64,000 nt of DNA from Lingula anatina (GCA_051362555.1 CM120642.1:15562001-15626000); one strand, 5' to 3'; shown: positions 52,216-64,000, counted from the first letter of the stretch. The notes: generated by a model from the letters alone, not told the origin. Numbers and translations are program-made.

Positions 52216-54105
52216 GTTTTTATTTCTTTTTACAGGACATAGAAGATGATGAGTGCCTCCACTTCGATACAGACTACAATGGACGGATCAAGGAATAAAG
52301 GTTAGTAAAATTTTTTCTTTAACTGTTCAGGTGAATTGAAACAAAATCTAATCTCGTTTTTATTTCTTTTTTTAGGACCTAGAAGATGATGAGCGCCTCT
52401 ACTTCGACACAGACTATAATGGACGGATCAATGAATAAAGGTTAGTAAAATTTTTTCTTTAACTGTTCAGGTGAATTGAAACAAAATCTAATCTCGTTTT
52501 TATTTTATTTACAGGATATAGAAGATGATGAGTGCCGTCACTTCGATACAGACTACAATGGACGGATCAACGAATAAAGGTTAGTAAATTTTTTCTTGGA
52601 ATGTTAAGGTGAGCGCCTCCACTTTGACACAGACTACAATGGACGGATCAACGAATAAAGGTTAGTAAAATTTTTTCTTAGACTGTTCAGGTGAATTGAA
52701 ACCAAATCTAATCTCGTTTTCATTTCTTTTTACAGGACCTAGAAGATGATGAGCGCCTCCACTTCGACACAGACTACAATGGGCGGATCAAGGAAAAAAG
52801 GTAAGTAAAATTTTTTCTTAGACTGTTCAGGTGAATTGAAATAAAATCTAATCTCATTTTAATTTCTTTTTACAGGACCTAGAAGATGATGAGCGCCTCC
52901 ACTTCGATACAGACTACAATGGACGGATCAACGAATAAAGGTTAGTAAAAATTTTTCTTAGAATGTTGAAGTGAATTGAAACCAAATCTAATCTCATTTT
53001 TATTTCTTTTTACAGGACATAGAAGATGATGAGCGCCTCCACTTCGATACAGACTACTATGGACGGCTCAACAAATAAAGGTTAGTAAAATTTTTTCTTG
53101 GAATGTTAAGGTAAATTGAAATAAAATTTAATCTCGTTTTTATTTCTTTTTACAGGGCCTAGAAGATGATGAGCGCCTCCACTTCAACACAGACTACAAT
53201 GGGCGGATCAACGAATAAAGATTAGTAAAATTTTTTCTTAGAATGTTAAGGTATATTGAAACAAAATCTTATCTCATTTTAATTTCTTTTTACAGGACAT
53301 AGAAGATGATAAGCGCCTCCACTTAGACACAGACTACAATGGGCGGATCAACGAATAAAGGTTAGCAAAATTTTTTCTTAGAATGTTCAGGTGAATTGAA
53401 ACCAAATCTTATCTCGTTTTTATTACTTTTTACAGGACCTAGAAGATGATGAGCGCCTCCACTTCGACACAGACTACAAAGGGTGGATCAACAAATTAAG
53501 GTAAGTAAATTTTTTTCTTGGAATGTTTAGGTATATTGAAACAAAATCTAATCTTGTTTTTATTTCTTTTTACAGGACATAGATGACAAGTGCCTCCACT
53601 TCGACATAGACTACAATGGGTGGATCAACAAATTAAGGTTAGTAAAATTTTTCTTGGGGGGGGTATGTAAATTGAAAAAATCTAATCTCATTTTTATTTC
53701 TTTTTACAGGACATAGAAGAAGATGAGCACCTCCACTTCGACACAGACTACAATGGAGAGATCAACGAATTAAGGTTAGTAAAATTTGATCTTGGAATGT
53801 TTAGGTATATTGAAACAAAATCTAATCTCGTTTTTATTTCTTTTTACAGGGCATAGAAGATGATGAGCACCTGTACTTCGACATAGACTACAATGTGCCG
53901 ATCAACAAATTAAGGTTAGTAAAATTTGCCTTGGGGGGGGGGGGGGTAATTAAATTGAAAAAATCTGATTTTTATTTCTTTTTACAGGACATAGAAGATG
54001 ATGAGTGCCTCCAATGCGACATAGACTAACAAAGGGCACATCAACAAATTAAGGTTACTAAAAAATTTTCTTGGAATGTTTAGGTGAATTGAAAAAATCT
54101 AATCA
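52216..54105 (+). repeat. 140-bp tandem array (13 full units plus 1 partial), each unit a 65-nt exon-like segment and a 75-nt intron-like segment
   Basis: Exon-like starts at 52236, 52376, 52515, (~52610, 5'-deleted), 52736, 52876, 53016, 53156, 53296, 53436, 53576, 53710, 53850 and 53988. Each full unit is preceded by a CTAAT-like branch point, a pyrimidine tract and YAG. Nearly all are followed by an AG|GT donor, mostly GTTAGT or GTAAGT. Confidence 0.92.
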
Positions 54106-54972
54106 ATTCAGTTCTGCCAAACATAAAACCCTATACAAGTAGTTGTATTAACTTCTTCTAACGAAACTGGAGAAGACTTCCACAGTTCCATGGCAACAGC
54201 ATTAGGGATTTTTTAGGTTGCACAACTTACTAATAAAACACACAATTGCAAAAACAATTGTAGGGATCACCTGATCTCAGGCTGTTATTTAGGCCTTCCA
54301 CCATTGTAGGTTTTGGCCATGGATAATTTATGTGTCTGAGGTACCCTAAGATGTCTCGGCACACGTCCAAGCGGAAAGACCACATTCCGCCTAAGACCTA
54401 TGTAACCCTGTTAAGTATTTATAGAAATATATGGTGAATTTTAAAATGTGATTTACTTTATTTGTGGCATACGTGAATTTAAGACATTTTAATGCATTAA
54501 TTTTTGCATCCAATCTATAGTACAGTATAACTCATAACATATAACAAAATTCACAGTTCATCATTTGTCGAGATTAATATCAATGGATACAAGCTAAATA
54601 CAGATACTAGTACTCTTATTTCAATATACTTAACCTTTATAGAATTCTAATCAAATTAAAAAAGATAATCTCCTTCATCGATGATGAATTGCATTATCTA
54701 CTGGTGCAAATGTAATGTCAAAAATCTATTATGTGTAAAGGAACTACATCCAATACCCCTCAAATGAAATTAAAAAGTATGTCGTCTTATATCTGTCTAA
54801 ACAATATTCAAAGTATCAAATATTAGGAAAAAAAAAACATACCTTATATAAAAATACCCTCAAACATAATATGTCAATGCAAATCTAGTTCTGTGTAAAA
54901 AAAGATGGAAATTTACTTCCATATACACACAGGGGAGGGCTGGTAACCACCAGTTCTTGAAGCAAAATCTAG

Positions 54973-56881
54973 TCATCCATGCTGCCCAAAGGAATTTGTA
55001 AACTGTGCAAATCTGATCAACTCCTCTTGCATTACTGTTTTCCTATTACTCACCAGAGACTTGAGGAAATCCTGCACACATACACCCCTCACCTGAACCC
55101 TCTCAGGTGGCAGTTCATTTATATTTGCTGTTATTGAAAGGGGATTGTCACTGTGACATGGTATAAATAACCCATCAGGAGTTTGTATCCAAGAGTCTGT
55201 GCCTTGTAAATCTCTCACTGGCTCAAACAATGCTGCATTCACCAGAGTAGCAAGATCACTACCAGAAAACCTGTAATAAGTAGATAAAGTGCTGGAATAA
55301 CTTTACAGGTAATTTTCTTTTCTGCTCCTATCAATGTCACATACTGGTACTATTCATTTATGAAAAACACTTAACAAACTTAAGTTTCAAATGTTTTTCA
55401 GGCCCCAAGTATTTTCTGTTAAAGTTATAATAGGGTTGGCGGCCAAGAACAACACTATACCCAACTCTCTAAAGATCCCAAATATAAATATCATTTTAAG
55501 GTTTTACCCTTCAGTTTTCTGTGCCAAAAGGAGCCAGTCCTCATCAGACAGCTGCACATCATTGCCTTGACAGTGCAACCTCATAAGTGCATGCCTGGCC
55601 TCTAAATCAGGAAGGGGGATGTAGATGCGTTTCTGAAATCTCCTCAGGAAAGCAGGATCCAGCTCCCAGGGACAGTTTGTTGCACACAGAAGGAATATTC
55701 TATCAGAACTTCCTGAGCTGTCAGCTCCCTCCATCTGCTTCAAAAGTTCAGTTTTCACTCTACGCGTGTGCTCTTCCTCGTGTGAGCTCCTCTTGCGACA
55801 CACGCTGTCAATTTCATCAATAAACACTACTGATCTTCCTTCCTGGCTTGTAGCATGCTGAAACAGTTCTTTGATCAACTTTTCACTCTCTCCAACCCAA
55901 CTTGAAATGAGATCCGAGCTTGAGACACTGTAGAAGTTAGACCTGATTTCTGATGACACTGCCTGTGCTAGTCTACTTTTGCCAGTGCCTGGAGGACCAT
56001 ACAGCAGGATTCTTTGCCAAGGTTTACGCCCACCTACAATGTCAAACCCATTCAAAAATTTCAGAAAAACATGATCAAGGATTTGAAATACTGGTATACA
56101 GGTACCGAGGTACATGTAGTATTATGGCTATTTGAGTAGTGGCAAACCGTCAAAATTATTTTAAAATTTGACATAGAAAAATTTACTGTAAATCAGTTAC
56201 TAATAAATTATTTAAAAACTAAATTATATTAATTAAAAGCAAAATATTTGAATGAAACAATGCGCATCATGCCTTTAACTTCCTGTTTTCTGATATAATT
56301 ATAAATGTAGAAATTGGTTATATTCATTTCTTCTTTTAAGAGTGCTAACGAATAAAATATATCTTTATAAAGCAATAATTATGGGGAAAAAACATTAATT
56401 TACCTGTAAAAAGCTGTGGAAACTGCACAGGCATAATAATAGCTTCTCTCAAAGCCTGCTTGGCCTCCTCCAAACCTGCCACATCATTGAAACAAAACTG
56501 CCCCTTCAGTGCAATTGTTTCTTCTATGGCTTGGCGCCGAGCCTTTTTCTGCATATCACCTTGGTCATTTTTCTGTACACCTATTAATTCCATAGAATCG
56601 TTAGAACTTGAACTTCCAGCCTGTCGATCTAACTGTCTTATCTTAATAAGTAAGGTCTCCTGCTGATACAACAGAACTGTTGAAAGTTGGTTCAAAGCAC
56701 CTATGATAAGAGGGTCAGTTTCTACAGAATGAATTTGGCAGATTAGATCATGAGCAAGAGAGATGTTTGTTTGCATTAAACCAATGTCCACATTTGCTTG
56801 CTTCTGACTTTCCATTGCAGCTATTTCTAAATATTCTGAAGCTGCTTGATACAATGTCAATGGGTCCATGTTCTCTGCCAT
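54973..56881 (-). CDS. VPS4-like meiotic-clade AAA ATPase (divergent paralog), 3 coding exons
   Basis: Exons 56881-56404, 56033-55508 and 55270-54973 join in frame. Motifs: [19 protein letters not shown], Walker A GPPGTGKS, pore loop SSWVGESEK, Walker B VVFIDEID, sensor ATN.PW.LD.AFLRRF, a beta-domain PC motif, and the Vps4-type C-terminus FTNSFGQHG*. Confidence 0.9.
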
Positions 56882-57489
56882 TTGAGAACTTTGCCTTACT
56901 ACTGTTAATTTACAAGTACTGTCCTGCAAACAAAAAAGTGTAAATGATTAAATGTATTTATCTTTTCCCAATTCAGGCCATAAAAACAGTAAAACCCTCA
57001 AATAACAGTACTGGACATTTTCTTCTGAAATGCACAAGCAACCAAAACATTACAGGAAACATTTAGAACTCAAATCATTTTTGATCATTAAATGGCAAAA
57101 ACAATTGAATCCATGAGCAGGGACGAGTCGAGCAATGACTTGTGAGTAGGAAAATTTTTTAATTTTTTTATTCATTTATCTGTTCATGTTGATGAACATA
57201 ATTTATGTGGGGACTTTGATCGATTTAAATAAATTGTTTGAAAAAATGTATTAACTTACTATTTTTTAAATTTAACTTTACCAATGAGATAACTACAAAT
57301 TATCGTCATTTTGATGGCCCCGCGGATCTCGTTACATTTAGATGGGCCTAAAGTTTCTGGCAAACAATTGAAAAATTAGCAACGCTAACCAGAGGCAATA
57401 CTCAAAGTAATTTATTTTGAAAACATGTTGAAAAGTTCAAAACCAAATAATCATCAGGATGGGAGGATACTTTGTTTTAGTTTTTGGTC

Positions 57490-59909
57490 TTATCGGTTCA
57501 TGCTACATGTACAATCAGATGAGCCATGTACCATAACTGGACCTAAAAATAATGGATGGGTCTCTGAGGACCGCCTTACAAGGGCCAAGCTCTTGAAGAC
57601 GGTGAGGGTCATGTGTAACTGTCCCAGATTGAAAGTCTTATCTATACCCAACACGGTCCCATGCACTGCTTGTCCGCTACAGCAAAAACTTTTAATATCA
57701 GCCATTTGTTTATCAGTAAACATGATAAATGTGGGGCACTTGTTTTTCTCGTGGATTATTTTCTTCAGGAATGGGTGGTGGTGCATTTCTCCATGTAGAT
57801 GGGTAATATTTTCTGCCAAATTTGGACCTCCGGTACTGTTGGTGGGGCCTGCATTTTCCTTTTTGACACGATGAACCTTGCTTTGCACTTGTTGGAGGTT
57901 TGCCGGTCTCCTTGCCTCCTTTTCCCCTCTCAGCATACTTTCATAGATTTCCCTAGGCTTGGTGTTGCTTGCTTTTGAGGCAATCTCTTCAAGTACTGCA
58001 GGTTTTGTTTGTAAGTATGGCTGGGCATTAGGGTGTCTACTATTGCCATGTGGTGCTAGGCCTGGGTAAGTTCCTACATACTCCACTAGTAACCGATCTG
58101 GTTTTTCCTGTAGGACGCTAACTCTCCTCTTGTAGTTTGGGTCTTTTTTTAGAGTTCTATAGTTTCTTTGAAGAGTAATAACATGATCTGGTTGAGGTTC
58201 TAGAAGTATCAAGTTTCTTTTACGCCTAACTTGCTTTTCTGTATGGTACATGCCATTCTTTAGTATGACTTGCTTCCACTTGCCCTCTGTGTACGCCATT
58301 CTTGTAAGTGGAGAGGGACTTGGATTCCATGCCCCACAGTCATCCGATAAGTCCTGCTTAAGTCCTGCTTGAATACAAATAGCATTCTGATGATTATTAA
58401 TAAGAAACATCACATTTTCTTTTTTGCCCGGGGGGATCTCAGTAATTGATGGAGAGGATTCGGAGTGCAGTAAAATTACCTCATCCATTGGCAAAAACCT
58501 CTTGTTGCGTAATGGTGTCCCACCTACTGCATTATCATTCGAGGACTGGTTGGGGTTACTGTCCTTGAGATCACTGCATTCAGAATGGAGATCGGGTGTA
58601 ATACCCTCCAGTTCTTTAGATCTGTGGTCACTAATGAGGACCCTGCTGTTCCTCGTAGACTGGTTAGGTTCTGGCTGCATGTGCAGATATGTGGTCACTG
58701 TCATTCAAGTATAGCAGTTCACTCTCAGTGATGCTGTCATTCAGATCTATAATTATTGCTGGCTCCTGAGTCGATTCCACAAGTGTGCAGAAATGGTCTG
58801 GGCGAAATGTGTTAACCGCTTGGGGCACACCCACACATGTCCACATGATGGAGACTTCTGGACTGGAAGACTGTTGAATTCCTTGGCCCGTAACTTTTTC
58901 TGGACAAAGGTGTTGTTAAGAAATTCTCATTGAGCACTGGGGGACAATAGGACCTGATAAAAGAAATTAGGAAAAATTTAGAAAACTTTTAATGTAAAAT
59001 TATTTCAATTCAATTTGAAATGTAATATAATTGAATGTAAATTCAGCTGGAAATGCATAGATTTCTCATAGACTTCCAAAAGTAGATAATTGTGCAGATA
59101 ACAAATTGAAATGTATAAAAAAGACTGTTTCTGTATTTTTTTAAATTATAATAAAAAATAATGCACACACATCAAGTTTTGACAAAGAAAAAAAAAAGAC
59201 AATAATGATGCACAAAATAGGTTATTTCTTTAATTTAAACCCAAATTAATCCAATGAGATTAAGCTCAAATTAAATGGCAGGGATTCATATCAATTATCT
59301 CAAAGTTATACTACTTTTAAAATATGAACTTACAATTAAACGTTAAGCAAATAACACTTAATTTGCGAAGGGGTGAATGTATAAATACCTGAGGGCCACC
59401 TTCAGTGCTGCACTTGCAGCATAGATGTGTGTCATCCCAGACCACTGGACTGTAGGCCGCATATACCTCGTTGTTGAAGACATCTGCAACAGTGCCACAT
59501 AGGTAGCCTTTGTAGTGATGGGATTCAATGTCGTAGTCATCTTGGTGGGTGATTATCTCCATGGCTGTCAGGAGCTGAGGGTGCAGGTGGTGGTTCTCTG
59601 TGCCGTATAATCCAAGGGATAGTGCCCTGTATAGGCAGTTTCCATCAGTGCCCACCTTTAGAGGCTTATGGGTATTGAGCACTATTGGATGAAACAGCCT
59701 CAATACTTTTAATGACACTGGGTCTTCCTCAGCCAGGTTGGGTTGTGATCTCATTGGAAGTGAAACTTGATATGTTGTTAGCAGCAGCTGCTCTGATGCT
59801 ACAGCATCCTAAGAAAGTAGAACAGAAATACCAGACATAAATGACAATGTTATGATGAATTGAATCCAGTTTGGTCATAAATTAGTCACATTTTCTATCT
59901 GCTTTCAGG

Positions 59910-59984
<75 letters not shown>

Positions 59985-60383
59985 CATTATCTTTAGAAAA
60001 AATATAAAACTTTTTGTTCTAAAATTATTTAGTGGAATACAGTATCATACCAATTAATTTTGGTGTTTCATTAATATTGCCATGGGGTTGAAAAAGACCC
60101 TGGTCGGTAGGAAAGTGCTCCAAAATATCTTGGGATTAGTAAGGTTTTGCACTGTACACACGGTAGTAATGTGTACTTGTCGAAAACCAGAAAATAAGCA
60201 TTAAAGCAGGCAGAGGTTATAGAACTTGAACACAGTACCTGGGTAGGATTGTTTCTCAATCGCCTGCAAGCAGCTTCAAAATCGTAGACTAAATCTACTG
60301 TAAAGGCACAGCGATTGCAGATGAAGTTGGTATCCTCCTTACTCCAAGCACTAAACAAATCTTCAGTCATTGGAACACACAAC
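57490..60383 (-). pseudogene. Decayed, 3'-truncated MULE-type transposase gene carrying a PHD-finger remnant and a vertnin-like OTU domain
   Basis: Spliced pieces: ~60383-60239 (C....FICNRC); ~59808-59389 (VGTDGNCLYRALSLGLYG.E..H...GMTHIYAASAAL, with a frameshift); ~58952-57490 (SYCPP...IMWT...FRPDHF, frameshifts, then HGNS...PY..T and VLGIDKTFNLG.LHMT.TVF...P.FLGPVMVH, the region of the first MULE catalytic Asp). The ORF stops shortly after this. Confidence 0.75.
59912..59978. repeat. (AT)n microsatellite
   Basis: Directly visible. Another (AT)n run lies at ~49837-49892 and a poly-A run at 61238-61285. Confidence 0.95.
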
Positions 60384-61234
60384 CTAGAAAAGATAAGAAT
60401 ATATAAACCCACTGCACGAAAAGTATTCTCACAAATTTGTACAAGTTCATCATTTTGATGCATCTGTCAACGAGGCATATATATTCACTTCACTTAAATA
60501 ATTTAAATTGCTGTTAACCTTGTCCAGAATGTTTGGAAAAGTGACCCAAATTCATGTTATAGGATTTCCTGCCCTCTCAAAATAAAAATTGTTTGAGAAA
60601 CAAGTAATTTTAAAAAATCTGCCTAATGTACAGCTCAAATTTGTGCAAAATCTGACCGTTACAATACAAATGCAAGTTGCTTAAAACACAAAAATCCCCC
60701 CCCCCCCCCAAAAAAAAAAAGACGTTAGGTATACCGCTTCTAATGAAGGGGTTTATATTAACAGCATGTTGTTGAAGGCATATTTCAAAAGGCTATATGT
60801 ACAGAACATGTACTGCAAACTGTTTTTTTACAGGAGTAATCAATCTTACTAAAATACAGGTTGAGGTGGAAAACCACCCTGATGTTACATACAGTAGATA
60901 ATTAAAAATTGGTGATGATTATCCAGGTAAGCATTACGTTATACTTATAATATGACCAAAAAAAAAATGACATTTCAACTCAAATTGAGAAAACCAGCTT
61001 TATCTTGAGTATATGCAGTTTTTTTTTCTTCTCATTCTGGCACATTTCATTGCGTTAACACGATTCATATGGTAGTTACCAATTCCTAACATTCATAAAT
61101 CCACCAAATCACAAATTGTGATTTCCATTTATATGTCTAAAAATTGTTGACATTTTAATTTGTTTTATTTTTACAATTCCAACAAAGAAAAGGTTCTTTG
61201 TTTATTTTGTAGCCAGTAATAAGGCCTACTGTTG

Positions 61235-61287
<53 letters not shown>

Positions 61288-62064
61288 CGGTTCATTTACT
61301 AGAAAAGTTTAAGCAAAATTATTTAAAAAAGAAAAACAAAAACAGGTAAGCAATGATTAAGATACACAAGATATTGATATAACAAATCCATTAAGAGTTT
61401 GTTTGTGGAATCCAACTTCATGGTGTTATACATACCAATAATGCAACTGGTACAAATTTGTGTTTTCCCCCTACATGCTGAAACAAAACTTCAATATGTT
61501 GACTAGTATTTTATAATTTGATACACGGAATGAGAATAAGGTATAAGTGACTGTGTTATACTGGAACTTACATTTAGCAACTAACCGATGTTGCAGTCTT
61601 AGGTGCTAAGTTGAAACTGCAATCTCTGTTAATAACTAAAGAATTCAGAATTAAATATTCATGTTATTCTCAAAATACTATATTATTACTTATGAAAAAT
61701 AAAATAAATTAAATTATAGGAAATATAATATATCAATAAATGCACAGAAAATTACACTTACTCCCAATACACTCAACAGCAAAACTTACCTATATTCCAA
61801 TAATTTTACCCCTAAAAACACCATAGGAAGGGAGCCTGAAAATTTCGCTGTGAAAGTATATGGAGCACGTGGGCTCCCAACACCAGCCTCGATTTGGAGT
61901 CCACCCCGAAACTGGCGACCTTGACCTAATTACAGCCTCCGACGATGTATCTCTAGAAAGTTCAGCATATCACCTTTCTGGTGCAAATGTAAGATTATTT
62001 TTATGATCTAGAACCCAAATACGATCTCAAGGGGGTTTACTTTGCTTAACAGGAGATCTATATT

Positions 62065-62131
62065 GGTCCATTTCGGTCCACTTCGGCTCATTTCGCTCCA
62101 TTTCTATCCATTTCTATGTTTAATAGGACCG
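62065..62131 (-). repeat. 10-bp subrepeat cluster, probable 5' terminus (TIR) of the MULE element
   Basis: GGTCCATTTC GGTCCACTTC GGCTCATTTC GCTCCATTTC TATCCATTTC, ending ...TTTAATAGGACCG. It lies upstream of the MULE ORF. No partner TIR was found. Confidence 0.45.
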
Positions 62132-62729
62132 GATACTAAATGCTGTAGCACGCACCAGCAAATGTGCCAGAAATCCTGAACAGGATACCTTTTAATAAAA
62201 ATACTAAAATTTTCTACATATTTTTGTATAACAAATAAATAAAATATGTTTGAACTAGGAATAACCCACCGAAAGTCTTGATTCGGCAGAAAATTTCCTA
62301 ATTTGCACTTGCAGACGAATTTTCAATCTTCATGGAAGCCGCCATTTTCCAAAATGTGATATCGAGGCTATATGTGCATTGTTATCTTTTAGCAAATGAT
62401 TTGTATTTGAGTTTATTTGAAACTTTGCACTCCAGTTGTCCACTTGAAACATTTTATATGCATGTTTGGTGTCTCTTAAGATAACTAGTGTAAGTTTTAA
62501 CTTTCTTATTACGAAAATGTGCTAATAGTGGGAACTATTTTAATGCGGAGAGAACAAGCTCCAGGCGTTATTTGAACTGTAAACAATATGGTTGCCACCG
62601 TTCAAAGTTGCCGATGTATCAAAGAACTTTAATTGCCCTCACCAACTATGGGTCCATAAATTCATGTTACAGAAGGTGAAAGGTGCGTGAAGTGTTTAGG
62701 AGCTGAGGCATTTTTTACTTAATTTCAAA

Positions 62730-63890
62730 ATGGATGCGGATAAAGATGCTGCGCACCTTGCAGCCAAATTGTCGACTTTTTTGGAACAGCAACTTCAAGG
62801 GTTTGAGAAGAAGACGAAGATATCAAGACAGAAGAAATCAAGAAGTGCACCCATCCTCGGCCACATAGACCCACTCCCTAAACCAAAGGCAGATAGGGCA
62901 CGGCCCATAAAGCCACACGAGGTAATTTATACTTGTGTTAGTGGTATGTGACATCGCTTGTATTGGAACTGTGTACAAGTAATTAAGCCCGTCAACAGTG
63001 CAGCTTACTAGTATATGGCTCTATTCCCATAGATTTTAGATCGATCTATCCCCGCGGGGAGTCTCACTAGATTACTTTCAGATAATCCGACTTAAATGTC
63101 CGTCCCGCCTACTACAAGCTGTAAGGGGATAATTAACTTTCGTGTCCGCCCGGCTGACAGCTATTTAGCGTGGACCCCCCAGGGAGTTAGGTCGATCTAA
63201 AGTAGGTCGATCTAATCTATGGAAATGGGGTGTATGTCTCCCATACACTCATGTTTGCCAATGTGATATTTTGCTTTTCTGCGACCTGTCTTTACAAAAG
63301 ATATAAATTCTAATTGCAACATAAAAAGGTGCACAAATACTGGAGAGTGAAACTACAGCTATAATATCTAGTCATGTTTTGAAAGGTTACTAGCACCTGG
63401 TACTGATATAACACTTTGGTATAAACAACAGGATCCATGCTATTTACCTGTGTATAAATCAGGAAATGTTATATGGGATTTATTTGATTTTCAGAATTCC
63501 CCTTTCCTTGGAATCAACCTTCTTCCACCAGAGAAACAAGCTGCAGAAGCAGGTACTTGTATTGGTATTTTATTGATTAGTTGTATTTTTTTTACACTGG
63601 TGCTGTTATATTTAATAGATTTTAAACTGACTAATTGTGTACAATCAATTGAAATACCTGTCTACAGAATGCTTAGTTAGTAGTGATAGATTGTTAAATC
63701 TGAGGTAAAAAACCTGATAATAAGAAAGTGCGAACCCTGAGACTAATATGACATTTAATTCAGCAGAGCCATCCCAGCTTAGACAGAAAAGTAACAGGTT
63801 AAATGTCCCTCTAAGTCGTCCTGGGTCAACGACAACTCGAGCCACTAGAGCCTCTCAGACAGGAAGAGTGACTTCTGCAGCATCCACCAG
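62730..63890 (+). CDS. First three coding exons of an unidentified gene that continues beyond the window
   Basis: aaaATGG start. Exons 62730-62921, 63495-63552 and 63764-63890 (CAGCAG tandem acceptor) are phase-compatible: MDADKDAAHL...IKPHE / NSPFLGINLLPPEKQAAEA / AEPSQLRQKSNRLNVPLSRPGSTT.... The N-terminus is low-complexity with no recognisable domain. Confidence 0.75.
63017..63232. mobile_element. ~215-bp MITE in intron 1 of the 62730 gene
   Basis: Inverted ends CCATAGATT(TT)AGATCGATCTA ... TAGGTCGATCTAATCTATGG. The TSD could not be resolved. Confidence 0.6.
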
Positions 63891-64000
63891 GTAAAACACA
63901 AAATTGAGGCTCTTGTTGTTACTTTTAAAAACTATTGATTGTGAATATTTAGAATATGAATTTTATTGTAATATTTGTTAATAATGTTGAAAAGCTCTTA

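Noticed and set aside
52216-54105. CRISPR-like array
   Set aside because: The whole 140-bp unit repeats, there are no unique spacers or cas genes, and the DNA is eukaryotic.
47071-54395. Possible degenerate TIR pair (CTTAGG.GGAA...TGTG.TC.T..CGCT) enclosing a 7.3-kb element
   Set aside because: The similarity is short and gapped and there is no target-site duplication, so it is not supportable without other copies.

Overview
AT-rich, intron-containing animal genomic DNA. It is most likely a bivalve or oyster, inferred from frequent TACATGTA octamers and ~160-bp HINE-type satellite repeats. Genes rebuilt by hand from GT-AG splice sites, in order: 3' end of a procollagen galactosyltransferase (COLGALT, +); an atypical glutaredoxin (-) head-to-head with a 16-exon TMEM175 lysosomal channel (+); an STPG3-like sperm-tail PG-repeat gene (+); a divergent pair of secreted HYR/CCP proteins (short on -, 1232-aa HYR-CCP-TSP1-MAM on +); a catalytically degenerate Mab21/cGAS-like gene (-) preceded by several candidate alternative first exons; a divergent VPS4-like AAA ATPase (-); a decayed MULE-type transposon carrying PHD and vertnin/OTU domains (-); and the 5' end of an unidentified gene (+). 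Non-autonomous DNA transposons include PIF/Harbinger-like, Academ-like, HINE and MITE elements. The three most striking unexplained structures are: (1) a 14-unit, 140-bp satellite in which each unit is an exon plus intron and the spliced product is a chain of AUGA-overlapping 22-codon ORFs; (2) a variable-first-exon array on the Mab21 gene; (3) a 220-bp bidirectional promoter with adjacent CLEAR and NF-kB motifs. Family assignments rest on motif recognition from memory; no searches were run.
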